A DNA stretch of 64,000 nucleotides from a virus: IMG/VR virus record IMGVR_UViG_3300028829_004140, positions 8,742 through 72,741 of that record; one strand, written 5' to 3'. Below are positions 26,610 through 36,498 of this stretch, piece by piece. The position numbers and the translations under genes were made by a program. Each line of letters begins with the position of its first letter. Position 1 is the first letter of the stretch. The notes beneath the pieces are model-generated. The model worked only from the letters and a program-made list of their open reading frames with translations. It searched no databases and was not told the DNA's origin.

Positions 26610-26861
26610 TCACTCAAGTGCTGATTTTAGTTTAAGTTCTGTTACAGGTACGCTGCTGTCTTCTACTGTTTGAGCGGCTAAATAAGAGTTGTAAAGTTCT
26701 TCTGAAATCTTGTTCCTAATGATAGGTATATCTAACGTCAGAAAATTATTAACTGTTACGGTATTATTTATATTTCCGTCTCGAAGAACAGAAACCGTAA
26801 CCACATATCTATCTTCTGGCTTGAGTTTTTTTACAATATCTATAGCTTCATTTTTAGCCAT
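26610..26861 (-). CDS. Hypothetical protein (last gene of the minus-strand block)
   Basis: 83-aa ORF with an AAGGA RBS. Confidence 0.55.
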   Translation of the reverse strand: MAKNEAIDIVKKLKPEDRYVVTVSVLRDGNINNTVTVNNFLTLDIPIIRNKISEELYNSYLAAQTVEDSSVPVTELKLKSALE

Positions 26862-26885
26862 GTTACTTTTCCTTAGTTATATAGT

Positions 26886-26916
26886 TAAAAAATAAGGCGA
26901 TCAAAGACCGCCTTAT
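26886..26916 (-). terminator. Rho-independent terminator
   Basis: Minus strand reads ATAAGGCGGTC-TTT-GATCGCCTTAT-TTTT, just after the stop of 26935..27270. Confidence 0.65.
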
Positions 26917-26934
26917 AGTATTTAAACAGCTGAA

Positions 26935-27270
26935 TTACTCAACGGTTTTAGTTTGAGGGTTCCATCTAACCCAGCCACCATCAGGTAGCCAGTTACCGTC
27001 ACCATCTTTTCGTTTAGGAAAAATTCCCCCTCCCTTTTTATTACTGCCAAAAGCTAATTTAGCACGACATTCAGGGTTCTTGCAAATAATTTCACGAAAT
27101 TCGTTGTCTTGATTTTTTCTTACACCATATCTCAAGTCTACGCTTCCACATTTACCACAAGATTTGTGACCAAACACCTCTTGAAAGTCAGCGATAGCGT
27201 TAAAGTTTTCACCCAAATCGCCTTCAAGTTCCGCAGAAATTTCGCCACTACTTGTTACAATAATCTTCAT
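26935..27270 (-). CDS. Small zinc-ribbon protein
   Basis: CGKC and CKNPEC pairs; coupled to the annealing-protein gene. Confidence 0.55.
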   Translation of the reverse strand: MKIIVTSSGEISAELEGDLGENFNAIADFQEVFGHKSCGKCGSVDLRYGVRKNQDNEFREIICKNPECRAKLAFGSNKKGGGIFPKRKDGDGNWLPDGGWVRWNPQTKTVE

Positions 27271-27272
27271 TG

Positions 27273-28055
27273 TTACCTCCAGTTTTCTTGAAAGCCTAAG
27301 ATAGTATCAGGCTTTTCTTTTTCTTTAGTTTGATACTCATTTAAGACTCCTAGCATTTTAACTGCTGTCTTTTTAGAAACCTCCTCAATCTGATTATAAT
27401 TAGCAACTCCCATGTTTACAAATTTCATCACATTGATGTCCAACTGTTTACATTTCGATGTAATAAAACTAATCTGATAATCGTTGATACTGTCCCCTTC
27501 CTCCCATTCACCTGTAGTTTCCGCAATAGGAACGGATTGTTGTATGGCGCGTTCTACAGCTTCGGCAACGTCTTTCTTTGCAAGCTCTTCCGCCGCCAAG
27601 CATTTGACTTTAAGTGCTTTTCGTAAAGCTCTACCTTCTGCCCGTGTAGAAGCCGTAGCAACCGGATGCCCTGCGAACAAAGCGTCACAGTTGCCGTGCC
27701 ATACATCTGCTACTTCTGAGTAAGTTCTTAGTTGTCCTGAGTTCATCCAGTCGATAACAACCTCAAACACTACAGTTGCCCTTCCGGGACCGTTAGCGTC
27801 TGTCGAGGGCCACACCTGAGATGGTCTACTAACAACGATGTCTCCTAATAGTTCTTCCGCAACCCGTCTGAGTCCAGCGCAAACTGGATTGCCATCAAAT
27901 AACTCATTTTTATGAAACTTACTCATAACATAATCATTCCAACCCTCTGATCCATATTTGGGACCATACAGCTCTTCGTCCTTTTCCTTGGCGACCTCTT
28001 CCTTTATACTATCTGCGTCAAAAAGAGAATCGTCATCTTGTCCTAGTTTATTCAT
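27273..28055 (-). CDS. Single-strand annealing protein, Rad52/Sak-like
   Basis: GLRRVAEELLG, ATVVFEV, and ATASTRAEGRALRKAL, which resembles the Rad52-family C-terminal helix. Confidence 0.55.
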   Translation of the reverse strand: MNKLGQDDDSLFDADSIKEEVAKEKDEELYGPKYGSEGWNDYVMSKFHKNELFDGNPVCAGLRRVAEELLGDIVVSRPSQVWPSTDANGPGRATVVFEVVIDWMNSGQLRTYSEVADVWHGNCDALFAGHPVATASTRAEGRALRKALKVKCLAAEELAKKDVAEAVERAIQQSVPIAETTGEWEEGDSINDYQISFITSKCKQLDINVMKFVNMGVANYNQIEEVSKKTAVKMLGVLNEYQTKEKEKPDTILGFQENWR

Positions 28056-28825
28056 TTAATCTCCAATTCAATAAGCCTTTGATGTTTAGGCGGGAACTTT
28101 TTCTCAATCTTTTTTATCTGTTCAGATACAGCGGACCATATCTTACGTTCTACAGATTTGTTCATACCTTTGCAAAGATATTTTAATCTGACAATACAGA
28201 ACCCCTTTCCTATTAGTAAGCCGTTTTTAATGTTGTCCATTTTTATCACATTTTGCAGCTTTTCTTCTCCGAAGATGGGAAGAAAGTGCTGTGGTCCATC
28301 TATCTCTATTATAGTATTTAGCTCCGGTAAAAGCAGGTCAATTTCAAAATTTCCCTGAACTAATCCTTTCTTATGCATAACTACCTGATAGCCCAAATCG
28401 TTTAGTTTTTTCTTTAAAAACTTCTCAGCCTTAGACCCTTCTATAGAAGAAATCCTCAAGGCACGACCGGCCTTTTCTTGCATTTCTCTTTTTTTCAATG
28501 GGTCGATTTTGTCCCACCTTTCTTTGGCAGCATCAGAGAAGGCTTTTCTGTCCAAGTCGTCCATCTTATCCCAAGACTTCTCTACGCCTTTGCTGATAGC
28601 CTCCTTCTCGGCCTCTGTGCGTTTCTTGCCCTTTGTTGGGTGTTCTAGCCTTCCTTTGTTTATTGCCTTCTTGGTTGCATCTGATCGACTTCTGAGCATG
28701 ACCCCATGCTTCTTGAGTAGCCTTTCAATTTTCTTAGGGTAAGTGCTGAAATGTTCTGCTATTTCTGCACAACTAAGACCTTCCTCGTACTTCTTTGTTA
28801 CTTCTTTTATATTTAGTTCTTTCAT
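28052..28825 (-). CDS. Free-standing endonuclease: HTH + NUMOD3-like repeats + Vsr/DUF559-like nuclease (homing endonuclease-like)
   Basis: HTH (GLSCAEIAEHF), KGKKRTEAEKEAISKG, SKAEK and EIDLLLPELNTIIEIDGPQHF. Start placed at MKELNIK, which follows an AGGAG. Confidence 0.7.
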   Translation of the reverse strand: MKELNIKEVTKKYEEGLSCAEIAEHFSTYPKKIERLLKKHGVMLRSRSDATKKAINKGRLEHPTKGKKRTEAEKEAISKGVEKSWDKMDDLDRKAFSDAAKERWDKIDPLKKREMQEKAGRALRISSIEGSKAEKFLKKKLNDLGYQVVMHKKGLVQGNFEIDLLLPELNTIIEIDGPQHFLPIFGEEKLQNVIKMDNIKNGLLIGKGFCIVRLKYLCKGMNKSVERKIWSAVSEQIKKIEKKFPPKHQRLIELEIK

Positions 28826-28907
28826 TTTGTTTCTCCTAGTTTTTTCCAGACTGCCGTTTTTCAAGCGGTTATATTTTTGCCAAAGTCGCTATTCGTGTTG
28901 ATCTGTT

Positions 28908-29567
28908 CTATGGGCATATTTCCCACTCCAATCTTCTAGTGAAAGGTAATTCGGGCCGGTCGTCGTAAAAGAAAAGTTTAGCCATTGGATTCATGGAGTC
29001 AACCAAATGAACAAACGAAGAATTTATACAGTGTATCTCGGTTGCACGTTCTATTACTTCCATCCAGTCAAACATACTTTTTTCGACAAGGGGTCTGGTT
29101 AAATGTATTTTCGGTAGCTCTGTTTGGATGTTTACGTTCGCTTTACCGGCACTTGCTACATCGTTTACTAATGCGAATCTAGGTGGAAGATTTAAATAAT
29201 CCGATACTAGCTTTTCTTGCTTGTAGTCTCTTTCGATGTGAAAAGAGTCCCATCTATGCGAAAAATCAACACCGGCATGTTTGTAAAAAGTTTCATCAAA
29301 ATTTAAAGTCCTATCTCCGTTTGCAAGCCACCCAAGGTTTACTTCGCCGTAAAACGTTTGATGACTTTCGGACACTGGGGCAAATGTTAAGTTTATATCT
29401 CTAAACATTCTCATTACATTATCTAGATTTGAATGTTTAACAACTAGAGTATTAGCCGCTCCCAACTCACTAGCCATAGGCATGAACCTTGTCGCAGAAC
29501 CTAACTGCCTAACAAGACCATTGCATATAATATGATCGCCAAGACCTAAATGATGATGAATAATCAC
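28908..29567 (-). CDS. Glycosyltransferase-like protein (GT-B-like)
   Basis: N-terminal HHLGLGDHIICNG and C-terminal A.EIHCINSSFVHL, a pattern typical of phage GT-like genes. Confidence 0.5.
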   Translation of the reverse strand: MIIHHHLGLGDHIICNGLVRQLGSATRFMPMASELGAANTLVVKHSNLDNVMRMFRDINLTFAPVSESHQTFYGEVNLGWLANGDRTLNFDETFYKHAGVDFSHRWDSFHIERDYKQEKLVSDYLNLPPRFALVNDVASAGKANVNIQTELPKIHLTRPLVEKSMFDWMEVIERATEIHCINSSFVHLVDSMNPMAKLFFYDDRPELPFTRRLEWEICP

Positions 29568-30025
29568 TCCACTATCTCTCTTATTTGTTCTAGGTTCCAG
29601 TTGTCAACAATTCCTACCGGTTTCTTGTTGCAGAAATTTTCTATCATGTCTGCGTGTTCTTCGCTTCTGGCTATAAGTTTTAGTTTATCGTTTGATATCA
29701 CTTCATACATTGCGTTGTAATCAGTTGGTATATTTAACCAGTTAAAATCCCATAGGTACAGATACCGATCCATTTTTGTAGGCATTTTTAGCGATATTGC
29801 TGCGTTTTTTATCGACGTAGAAATTAACACACCTTCGTAACTGGAAAGAAAAGAAGAAAGCTTGTATGAAAAAAGACACTTAGTTACAGGAAGGCAGTGG
29901 GCGTTTACAAATGTTCCCAATGAAAGCTTTGTATTATCTAATCCCTTGTTCCACTCTTTGATTAAATAGAAGGCATTTTGTGAAGGTCCAAGGTTCTCCA
30001 TAAAGGCCGATATGTTTTTTACCAT
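29564..30025 (-). CDS. Hypothetical protein, possibly a GT-B half-domain
   Basis: Alpha/beta pattern (LYLWDFNW, LIARSEEHA) inside the glycan island. Confidence 0.35.
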   Translation of the reverse strand: MVKNISAFMENLGPSQNAFYLIKEWNKGLDNTKLSLGTFVNAHCLPVTKCLFSYKLSSFLSSYEGVLISTSIKNAAISLKMPTKMDRYLYLWDFNWLNIPTDYNAMYEVISNDKLKLIARSEEHADMIENFCNKKPVGIVDNWNLEQIREIVE

Positions 30026-30786
30026 TATCTTTCCAAGTATTGATTCATTCTAACTTCTGTACCGGGAGGAATAAATTCAAATATTTCTCCAACAAAATGC
30101 TTGTACTCGTCTAGCGGATCTGGAAAGTCTTTTGCAAAACTTTCTGGCCTAAAGACCCATTTGCTGCTGTCGAAGTCTTTGGCCTGATGAACCATAGAGG
30201 TTAATATGTTTCCTCCATACTTAGGGTAAATTACATCCCTAAGAAAATTCATGTCCACCATTCCCCAAGAAGACTTGTCGTAATAACGATTTTCGGGAGT
30301 AACCCTTATTCCTTTGGAGGTCTGCCATTCGAGAAGTGCCTTATACATATCAATCCATCCACCTTGTATGCCCCACATTCCTCCGAGCATAGGATACCCA
30401 TGATGGGGATGATCTCTCATTATATGTAGAATACTGCCGGAATCTACCCATTCTTTTACAGCATTTGCTTCTCTTTGGGTTATTCTTGAGTCAGCATCTC
30501 TAAAAATTGTATAGTCATAATCATCTGCAACTATGAATCTCCAACTAACAGGAGCTATAGGTTGCCATCCTGCTCCCCAATTTGCATGTCGCCCACCCCT
30601 ATGAACAACCGCATTTGGAAATTCTTCCAGTTTTAATAGGGTTTTTTCAGGAACCGAATCGTCAGCACATATATTGACTGTCCATCCCGGATAGTATTTT
30701 TCCGCAAGGTTAATGTTTCTCAACATTCCTTCCGTATATTTAAACTTATCGCCCCAAAGGCTGAATGCTATCGCTTTTTTTGTCAT
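30025..30786 (-). CDS. Putative GT-A glycosyltransferase
   Basis: AFSLWGD..KY..G, WRF, FRDADSR (DxD), HIMRDHP.H, MLGGMWG and D..FL motifs. Confidence 0.6.
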   Translation of the reverse strand: MTKKAIAFSLWGDKFKYTEGMLRNINLAEKYYPGWTVNICADDSVPEKTLLKLEEFPNAVVHRGGRHANWGAGWQPIAPVSWRFIVADDYDYTIFRDADSRITQREANAVKEWVDSGSILHIMRDHPHHGYPMLGGMWGIQGGWIDMYKALLEWQTSKGIRVTPENRYYDKSSWGMVDMNFLRDVIYPKYGGNILTSMVHQAKDFDSSKWVFRPESFAKDFPDPLDEYKHFVGEIFEFIPPGTEVRMNQYLER

Positions 30787-31391
30787 TGAAACGAAACCCT
30801 TCCCATTATTCCTATTGAATCAGGCTGTAAAGTATTCATTAATTCTAAATTTTGACCAGCAACATTTGCAAACGATCTAAACGTTGCACGTTCTACATCG
30901 TGAGTGTTTGCGCATGGCAAATTTTTCCATATGGTTTTAAGCGTTTTGGTTTTTCCAAACATAAAAGCTGGACTTAACAACTTATCTTTTGCAGGATTTT
31001 TAGATGTGCTTAAACAAGAAAGTTTCTTATTATCAAAAACTTTATCAATATTATTAACGAAATAATTGTAGTCACATACAGCAGTATACATCAATCCTGC
31101 TTTTTCGCATGATGCCAAACCTTTGTTTATACACTGTTGGATATCTCTAATTAAAAATTTACTATCACTTGAAGCAGAAAGACATATGTCAAAAGTTCCT
31201 TCAATTCGGCTATCTATATCTTCTATAAATTTAGAATCTAGCATGTTTTCGCCAAAAGACATAGAAACCGTAGTAAAAAAAGAATCTCCATTACTTAGTT
31301 CTTCAGATTTCCAATGTCCTACTCTTCTTACTAACAAATTCCAGTCAAACGCTTTATCTAAGCGTCCATAGAGTATGAGTCCATGTTTCAT
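30783..31391 (-). CDS. Hypothetical protein in the glycan island
   Basis: 202-aa ORF that overlaps both neighbours; no clear motif. Confidence 0.5.
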   Translation of the reverse strand: MKHGLILYGRLDKAFDWNLLVRRVGHWKSEELSNGDSFFTTVSMSFGENMLDSKFIEDIDSRIEGTFDICLSASSDSKFLIRDIQQCINKGLASCEKAGLMYTAVCDYNYFVNNIDKVFDNKKLSCLSTSKNPAKDKLLSPAFMFGKTKTLKTIWKNLPCANTHDVERATFRSFANVAGQNLELMNTLQPDSIGIMGRVSFQ

Positions 31392-32164
31392 TCTAGATAT
31401 TCTCCACAGGTTTTGTCAAATAATTGTTTGATTGTAAGTCCCGTAATATCTGATGGTGTTTTATAGTATGAACAATCTATAGCATATTTTCTTGTATCTT
31501 CTTCTATCATTATGGCTCTTTTTTCTGCGGGAAGCACACAAACTTTTATGTCGCAACACGTTTTAAACTTAACTCCACTGTAGTAGGACCGCATAGCCAT
31601 CTCTCCATCGGCACAATAATATTGATAAGATGTGTTATAAAGCCCGTAATTACGAAATACGTCTTTTTTGTAAATTCCGTAGTTCATAACCACCTCTCCC
31701 TTGATTGGGTTGGGATAGTCATAGTCGGCGCAATTGTGAAGATTCCATCCATTATCCCTCATTCCTGTGCAGATTGTCCATCTCAGTTCTTTCATAGATT
31801 GCGTATCACCTTCTTTCCAATTAAAAAGATAGGCATCATGATCGTCGCTAATCGTTTCAAAAACATCATCCCATGTATTGCAGAGAAGAACGTCATCATT
31901 CCATTGACAAATATTTTCATACGATGCGGTTTTTATGCCGAGGTTCATATAGTGTGGATAAGAACTTCTCTTTCCAACTTCTACCAGTTTAATATTGGGA
32001 TGATTTAAACGTTTGATATACTCTATGGTTCCGTCTGTGCTGCCACCGTCAACAAGGACTAATTCGAGTCCATCTCCGCAATCTGACTGGACAGTATTTT
32101 CTATCAAGCCGCCCAAATATTTTAGGCGGTTTAATGTTCCTGTTACAATACTAATTCCTTGCAT
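31388..32164 (-). CDS. Glycosyltransferase GT2
   Basis: ISIVTGTLNR, ELVLVDGGSTDGT, NLGIK, WNDD and YYCAD motifs. Start placed at MQGISIV. Confidence 0.85.
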   Translation of the reverse strand: MQGISIVTGTLNRLKYLGGLIENTVQSDCGDGLELVLVDGGSTDGTIEYIKRLNHPNIKLVEVGKRSSYPHYMNLGIKTASYENICQWNDDVLLCNTWDDVFETISDDHDAYLFNWKEGDTQSMKELRWTICTGMRDNGWNLHNCADYDYPNPIKGEVVMNYGIYKKDVFRNYGLYNTSYQYYCADGEMAMRSYYSGVKFKTCCDIKVCVLPAEKRAIMIEEDTRKYAIDCSYYKTPSDITGLTIKQLFDKTCGEYLE

Positions 32165-32768
32165 AAAAAGCATCTCCCCAACTCTGTGATTGCCAATAGG
32201 TTGCAAGTCTAGAAAATCCAAACTCTTCTAGAAATTCATCCAAATCTTCCACCATAGGACACCCTTCGTAAACCTCGTCTCTGTTAACTTCTAGAATCAT
32301 AGAGTCTACTGTTGTCAGCGAATTGACCGCACCCTTTAGAACTTCTAACTCATAACCCTGAACGTCTATATTGAGAAAATTGCAAACCGGATCGTAATAG
32401 TTGTCCAGAATGTCTACCTTCACACTTATAGAATCATTAAACAAAACATCGGTATGTTCTGTTAGGTGTTTTTTTGGCTTCATTAAAGAACTAGATGCAC
32501 CACTACCCTGCTGAACTCCACCAGACCTCCAAGAAACATGCATTTCTTTTTCACATTGCCTAGATCCTAGTGCAACATTGTGGATCTTTTCGGAGTCTAT
32601 CAGCTTGCCTTGCACTAGATTATATAAATCTGGCTGGGGTTCAAACATCACGGTGTTTTTTAATCCTAGATTTCTATAGCTGATTAACTCTTCGCCAGCG
32701 AAGGCTCCAACGTGCATGACACCGGTAATTGGAAATCTTGCATGAATTTTTCTAATGTCAAAAATCAT
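32151..32768 (-). CDS. FkbM family methyltransferase
   Basis: HVGAFAGEE, FEPQP, NVALG, LNIDVQGYELEVLKGA and WGDAFY motifs. Confidence 0.9.
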   Translation of the reverse strand: MIFDIRKIHARFPITGVMHVGAFAGEELISYRNLGLKNTVMFEPQPDLYNLVQGKLIDSEKIHNVALGSRQCEKEMHVSWRSGGVQQGSGASSSLMKPKKHLTEHTDVLFNDSISVKVDILDNYYDPVCNFLNIDVQGYELEVLKGAVNSLTTVDSMILEVNRDEVYEGCPMVEDLDEFLEEFGFSRLATYWQSQSWGDAFYARN

Positions 32769-32816
32769 TATCTAACCTTTCTACTAAATTCCAAACCGGA
32801 GCGCATTTCATAACTA

Positions 32817-33821
32817 TCACCTTGAATTTTCTCTAACTGTTCCGCCTAGAACCTTTATGTCTTGAATGACTCTGCCAGTCGTGCGCTCTTCTTTAATCAT
32901 GGCATCCAGAATGTTAATTTCCTGATGGGCACATATAATGTTGTCTAAGTGTCCCGCTTTTTTTAGTGTTTTGTAACACACTCTATATCCATTGTTAAAA
33001 TCTTCCAATAGACGATCTGCTTGAAGTGGATAAGTTTCTCCAGAGATGTTCTTAACAGATTCATCATGATTGAAATAATCAGAGACTTGGTTGTTTGGAC
33101 TATTTACAACGCATCCCAACGGAGGCATAATAACAAAAGGGGGACATTCTTGGCAAAATCTTTGCAAGGCTCTTTCTAGTTCATTTGGATTTTGTTTCCA
33201 TTTCTTAATTTTGTCAAGATAGCACAATTCTTCTGTCCAAGCTTGTACTACACTTTGTTGAAAAATGTGACCGTCTAGAGAAATGGGATAATTCCAATAG
33301 CCGCCATAGTAATGAATACTTCTGTCATAGTAAAGTAGACGTTCCCACTCTGTTGCGAGAGGTCGTGGATGCACAAAAGCCCCAAAATCGCCAACTTCCT
33401 GCTTGAACATTCCCTCAATCCCTGCTCCTGATCTGTATTGAGTATTCTCACCGAGCCGTAAACTTATATGACTTAATCGACCAACTTCCGATCCAAAAGC
33501 CCCATCAATCCATCGCTGCGTAAGCAGTATGTCATTGTAAAATATGTTATCATCGGTAAAAAACGCAATGTAAGGAGAAAGAGAGCATGACACAGCAACA
33601 TCAACATCCTTAAACAAAGATTCACTCTGTTCCCAGAATGACACATTTGGATATTCTTTTGGTAATTTTTTGTATGCTTTTTCGTACTCTAAATTGCTAC
33701 ATTTGTAAATAACAATTTTTTCTTCAAATACGTCGTTTACGTCACACTTTTCCATGCTCGAAAGCAATAGGTCTAGTTGTAAAGGTCTATCCTTACTGAA
33801 TATGATCGAAGTAATTGGCAA
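32817..33821 (-). CDS. Putative GT-A glycosyltransferase
   Basis: IIFSKDRPLQLDLLL.S, FFTDDNIF, SLRLG, YPISLDGHIF and PN.LE motifs. Confidence 0.6.
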   Translation of the reverse strand: MPITSIIFSKDRPLQLDLLLSSMEKCDVNDVFEEKIVIYKCSNLEYEKAYKKLPKEYPNVSFWEQSESLFKDVDVAVSCSLSPYIAFFTDDNIFYNDILLTQRWIDGAFGSEVGRLSHISLRLGENTQYRSGAGIEGMFKQEVGDFGAFVHPRPLATEWERLLYYDRSIHYYGGYWNYPISLDGHIFQQSVVQAWTEELCYLDKIKKWKQNPNELERALQRFCQECPPFVIMPPLGCVVNSPNNQVSDYFNHDESVKNISGETYPLQADRLLEDFNNGYRVCYKTLKKAGHLDNIICAHQEINILDAMIKEERTTGRVIQDIKVLGGTVRENSR

Positions 33822-34755
33822 AACTTTTTTCTCCCTTATATCTATAGTACCAGCTAACAGTGTGTTTTAGTCCTTCGTAAAGGGGCATACTCGCCTCAAA
33901 ACCAAAGACTTTATATGCTTTACTTACATCTAAGCATCGACGGGGTTGACCATTCGGCTTGTCTGAATGATAGGTAATATCGCCCGTGTATCCCATTATC
34001 TTTGCTAGTGTTAACACCAAGTCTCTGATTTTGATTTCGTTGCCAGTTCCTACGTTTATAGGATGCGGAGTTGTTTCTTTTTCAATGCTTTTTCTGATTA
34101 TTTCTGCACAATCATCAACGTACAAAAACTCTCTACTAGCGTCGCCTGTCCCCCAGATGTCTATGTTGTTACTTCCTCTGGAAATCGCTCTGTCTATCTT
34201 TAAAATTAGGGCAGGAATGACATGACTACTTTCCGGGTTAAAGTTATCATTTGGTCCGTACATATTTACAGGTATTAGGTTTGTAGATTGTAAACCATAC
34301 TGAGCATGGTAGGCGATAAGCATTTCTGTTAGAGTTTTTTTGGCTATCCCATATGGAGCATTGGTTTCTTCTGGATAACCATTCCATATATCTTCTTCTT
34401 TAAATGGAACGGGCGTAAACTTAGGATAAGCACACACCGTTCCAACCATGATAAACTTTTTAAGTTTACCGTATTTCCTAGCTGTTTCAATAAGATTCAT
34501 TCCCATGACTAGGTTTTCATACATGAACAGTCCGGGGTTTTGTTTATTAGCTCCTATTCCGCCGACTTTGGCAGCAAGGTGGACAATAACATCAGGAGTA
34601 TTATGCGCGAATAAATACTCAACATGTTTTTGTTTTGTTAAGTCCCATTCGCCTCTTCCTCTTAGCGGAATAATAGTATCATTAGAATCCGATAACGCTT
34701 TGCGAACAGCCTTACCAAGAAAGCCAGTGCCGCCAGTAATTATAATTTTAGACAT
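33793..34755 (-). CDS. fcl: GDP-L-fucose synthase
   Basis: TGGTGFLG, HLAAKVGGIGAN, GTVCAYPK, YGIAKK, PVNMYGPNDNF, SHVIPALI and WGTGDASREFLYVDD motifs. Confidence 0.93.
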   Translation of the reverse strand: MSKIIITGGTGFLGKAVRKALSDSNDTIIPLRGRGEWDLTKQKHVEYLFAHNTPDVIVHLAAKVGGIGANKQNPGLFMYENLVMGMNLIETARKYGKLKKFIMVGTVCAYPKFTPVPFKEEDIWNGYPEETNAPYGIAKKTLTEMLIAYHAQYGLQSTNLIPVNMYGPNDNFNPESSHVIPALILKIDRAISRGSNNIDIWGTGDASREFLYVDDCAEIIRKSIEKETTPHPINVGTGNEIKIRDLVLTLAKIMGYTGDITYHSDKPNGQPRRCLDVSKAYKVFGFEASMPLYEGLKHTVSWYYRYKGEKSFANYFDHIQ

Positions 34756-35794
34756 TTAATGTATCCTTATAAGCTTTCAAAATCCCGCCAGCCACATCAC
34801 TGTATCCAAACGCTTCCATAATTGTTGCAATCCTGTGGAAGCCTGTGTGGTTTTCTGTAACAATCTTTTGCCCTTTAAACATGATTTCAGACATAAGCAT
34901 CCTACCTTCTATGGTATTTAAATAGTGTTCAATCTTATCTCTAAAATCTTCTGGAGAATTCGCAATTACGATACCGTCACCAAACATCTTGTATCCTTCT
35001 ACATTATCACTAACACAGAAGCCTCCCGCATACAAAATCTTGAATATTCTTTCATTTACATCGAATCCATATTCTTGCGCATGTGGCTCGCTTAGGTTAG
35101 GGCAGATTTTCGCAGAACGGAACAGATTTTTAACATCTGAATCTTCTATTAGGCCGCAGTATTGGTTGACAGGCCAAGGTTGATTACCGAATATTTTTAC
35201 CTTATATTTTCCCAAAGGATGCAAAAGCGGTGTAAGATAACGATCCATCACTTGTGCTTTGTAAGGCCAATAACCTCCAACAAAACCAATATCGCATTTC
35301 AGCTTTTTGTCAAATTTTGCGTTGTTGTACTCAAAGGTGTCAGCGCACATCATTAACGAAATAGGTTTGATACCAATAGACTCAAAGTAATTATGTGTAA
35401 CTTTTATAGCTTCTTCTGGATAATGAATGTGAACAAATTTAATTTGTCCCGTTTCTTGCTGTAGCCGTTCTAGTAACTTTCTTTCTTTTGTTCCGAGAGT
35501 TAGGATGTTAAATCTATCATGATCTATCTCCGAGGTTTGAGTGCCCCAGTCTCCAGCTCTTAATCCAACTTTTAAATGTGGTCTTTCCCTAATGCAATCT
35601 ATGGTTGCTTTATTTAAGTTATAAGACTGTCCTAAAAATAGGTCTGGCTCAAATTGATCGAACACATCATATGCAGAATGTTCTTTTATTTCCCAAAATC
35701 CTACATCAAAACCATAGGCTCTTAAAGAGTTAGCCCAAGCTATTCTTTGATAGTAATGAGCATGTCTACCGTCATTTGCGATTAGTATCTTCAT
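34748..35794 (-). CDS. GT-B glycosyltransferase (CgeB / Glyco_trans_1_2-like)
   Basis: DIGFVGG, KIFG, AKICPN, NERIFKILYAGGFCVSD and NHT..HR motifs. Start placed at MKILIAND. Confidence 0.75.
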   Translation of the reverse strand: MKILIANDGRHAHYYQRIAWANSLRAYGFDVGFWEIKEHSAYDVFDQFEPDLFLGQSYNLNKATIDCIRERPHLKVGLRAGDWGTQTSEIDHDRFNILTLGTKERKLLERLQQETGQIKFVHIHYPEEAIKVTHNYFESIGIKPISLMMCADTFEYNNAKFDKKLKCDIGFVGGYWPYKAQVMDRYLTPLLHPLGKYKVKIFGNQPWPVNQYCGLIEDSDVKNLFRSAKICPNLSEPHAQEYGFDVNERIFKILYAGGFCVSDNVEGYKMFGDGIVIANSPEDFRDKIEHYLNTIEGRMLMSEIMFKGQKIVTENHTGFHRIATIMEAFGYSDVAGGILKAYKDTLNV

Positions 35795-36498
35795 TGCATA
35801 TCCCCTATTCTGTCGATTTCTTTGATTTGCATACCATCCGGCTCTAAACATTCAAAGCTACCACCTAATTTTATTACTTCGTTAATTATTTCGAAAGACA
35901 ATTTTTTCTTATCTCTGTCTTCAAATTTTTGCATGATTGAATTGAGTAGTTTAAATTCTTTACCTGTAAAGAAAGCCATCTGTGCCCATTTCAAACTAAG
36001 ACCGTATGAAAGTATAGAAGCTTTGCCTTTTACCTTCGTGACACCGATTTCTTCTTCTTTAATCATTTTTTTTGAATCAACAATTATAAAAGATTTAGAA
36101 TATGGTAACTGTAGGGTTTTTTCGTTGAAAATAATGTCGCCATGACAAAACATTAAATTTTGATGGCATGAGTTATTTAAACCTAGACGTAGACTTTCAG
36201 AAGAATTTGTAGAGGCGTAGAGTTGATTCTCTACAAATCTAATGCCTGTATTTTTTTTCTGCCTCTTTATTACCTTCGTTGCATAGCATCCCACGACGGC
36301 TATTATTTCAACGTTATCAAAATAATTAATAACGTTACTAACCTGATTGTCGATAATACTTTCACACTTGTTTAATTTTAACAAACTTCTAGGCTCATAT
36401 GATTTAATTTTCTTTCCACAACCAGCAGCAAGAATCACAAAACTAAGTCTGTCTTCTTTTAAATTATTCTTTTTTATTTTTCTTACGTTTCTAGTCAT
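35791..36498 (-). CDS. Nucleotidyltransferase (LicC / NTP_transferase-like)
   Basis: VILAAGCG....P.SLL, VVG, ENQLY..TNS..SL, GDIIF and EID motifs. Confidence 0.75.
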   Translation of the reverse strand: MTRNVRKIKKNNLKEDRLSFVILAAGCGKKIKSYEPRSLLKLNKCESIIDNQVSNVINYFDNVEIIAVVGCYATKVIKRQKKNTGIRFVENQLYASTNSSESLRLGLNNSCHQNLMFCHGDIIFNEKTLQLPYSKSFIIVDSKKMIKEEEIGVTKVKGKASILSYGLSLKWAQMAFFTGKEFKLLNSIMQKFEDRDKKKLSFEIINEVIKLGGSFECLEPDGMQIKEIDRIGDMQ

